Shown here one piece after another: positions 62,443 through 64,000 of a stretch of DNA of 64,000 nucleotides. How positions within the stretch are numbered: the first letter of the stretch is position 1; every line of letters starts with the position of its first letter. Position numbers and translations under genes: made by a program. This DNA comes from Octopus sinensis. Lineage: Eukaryota. The notes beneath the pieces are model-generated. The model was not told where the DNA came from, searched no databases, and saw nothing but the letters and a program-made list of their open reading frames with translations. Location: positions 14,136,001 to 14,200,000 of the forward strand of contig NC_043025.1 of the NCBI RefSeq assembly GCF_006345805.1, written 5' to 3'.

Positions 62443-62480
62443 TCTTTCTGTGGAAGAGCAGAGGCTCGAAACATTAAAGA
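62443..62480 (+). ncRNA. Variant minimal hammerhead with U6 core, second copy
   Basis: UCUUU CUGUGGA A GAGC AGAG GCUC GAA ACAU U AAAGA; helices I and II conserved, loop II and N7 changed. Confidence 0.45.
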
Positions 62481-62785
62481 CTTTTTCAATTCCTGAGCGT
62501 TATACTAATACATCTGTTTGTTGTCTACACCACCGGTCTTCGTCTTTTGATTTTTTCGTGAATTCTCCCCCTATATATATACATATATATATTTGAGTAG
62601 AAAAATGAAATATCTTTTTATAGATAATTCGTTTAACCGATACCTGGGTAGCAAATCACATCAGAAATAACACGGTTACGTGCCTAGGGCAGAGACTACG
62701 TGTTTTCGTGTGGAAATTTGTGTGTATTTTTATAAAATTTATGAATATATGAAAGAATGGAGTTGAATGACAAATTAACAAATTT

Positions 62786-62880
62786 CCTTTATTTTCGACA
62801 TATGTTTCGAAGGCTGCATATTCCTAATTGTGAAGGAATAAGGAGTACATTATGCCGCTTTCTCATCAGGAAAAACAAGG
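62786..62880 (-). ncRNA. Type I hammerhead motif, family 5
   Basis: UUUUC CUGAUGA GAAAGCGGCAUA...UAUGCAGCCUUC GAAA CAUAUG UC GAAAA; palindromic helix III ACAUAUGU, GUC triplet. Confidence 0.72.
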
Positions 62881-63200
62881 AATTTACGTCAACATCAAGA
62901 TTCACAAAAACTCTTAGATGACTGCTCTCACGGAGCGCATAGCGATAATGAGTGTCTCTTTAATATTCCTTTATAAAGAGTGACGTCAAACTGGTTGAAT
63001 GTAGAAAATTCTAGAAGGTTCTAAAGGTTCAAGAGTTCAAACGAAGTCATCTAAAAGTTTTTATGAATCTTGATGTTGACATAAATTCCTTGTTTTTCCT
63101 GATGAGAAAGTGGCATAATGTACTCCTTATTCCTTCACAATTAGGAATATGCAGCCTTTTGTTAATTTGTCGTTCAACACCATTCTTTCATTTATATATA

Positions 63201-63253
<53 letters not shown>

Positions 63254-64000
63254 TACATATATATATACACACACACACACATATATTGTCATTTAATGTC
63301 CGTTTTCCATGCTGGCATGGGTTGGACAGTTTGACTGAAAACTGGTAAGTCAGGGAGCTGCAATGGGTTCCAGTCTGATTTTACATATATATATATATAT
63401 ATATATATATGCCAAACACTAGAGATATACACACACACACCCACATGGTGCATGCACTCACTCCAACTATCATGCACACACAGCAATATATGCACACACA
63501 CACACATATACACAGTGACACATTGAGTAGTGCATGCATGCATGCACACACAAAGACACACACACACACATATACACATACAAACACACACATACACACA
63601 CACCAATAGCTTAATTATTAATATGCACAAACAAAACCACGAGACACAAAAAATACAAAAAGCAACATGTTCCCGCACCCCCCACACGTATGTAGGAAGA
63701 AGAGCGTGTTAAGGCGAGGTTTTAGTGACTAAGCGATGTCCAGTTAGTGGACAATTAGTTGACCAACAGCTGTGACACACTGACACAGTTGGTAGAAGGA
63801 TGACCGCTGTTAGTCAACGACCAAATCTGTCGTCTTATTAGTTTCAACAAAGACAAGTACAGTTAAGAAAGCACCAGCATCACCGAAACACCGACAAGAA
63901 TCAGGAAATCAGGCTCCAAAATATACCCTTATTTACACACCCATTATTATTATTGAGTGAGAGAGCAGTGCATACCCTCAAAGTGACACAGGGGTATAAA

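Larger units (their letters stand above)
62090..63260. mobile_element. Two adjacent Penelope-like inverted-repeat relics (about 62090-62230/62400-62560 and 62743-62912/63057-63195)
   Basis: Inverted arms carrying hammerhead motifs, (TA)n flanks; the second relic is related to 48470-48670. Confidence 0.5.

Overview
Eukaryotic, AT-rich, microsatellite- and SINE-laden DNA, most likely from an octopus (inferred from the SINE families; no database search was possible). The whole window lies inside one minus-strand, intron-rich gene for a long coiled-coil protein that I recognise as a CLIP-170/CLIP1 (restin/CLIP-190) orthologue. Fourteen GT-AG exons splice in continuous frame (about 568 codons) from 59958/59755 down to 1069; the N-terminal CAP-Gly and C-terminal zinc-knuckle exons are outside the window. 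One 117-nt exon is present as a perfect tandem duplicate. The introns contain tRNA-derived SINEs, RTE-LINE relics, Helitron, piggyBac, mariner and Mutator-like MITEs, tandem arrays (including a 126-bp monomer/378-bp higher-order array) and long fold-back palindromes. The most striking unannotated layer is about ten minimal type I hammerhead-ribozyme motifs from at least five sequence families in Penelope-like fold-back relics. They include a G3-C8 core-swap variant in both arms of a perfect 139-bp palindrome and a U6 variant; seven motifs lie on the pre-mRNA strand. Most ORFs in the supplied track are low-complexity artefacts.
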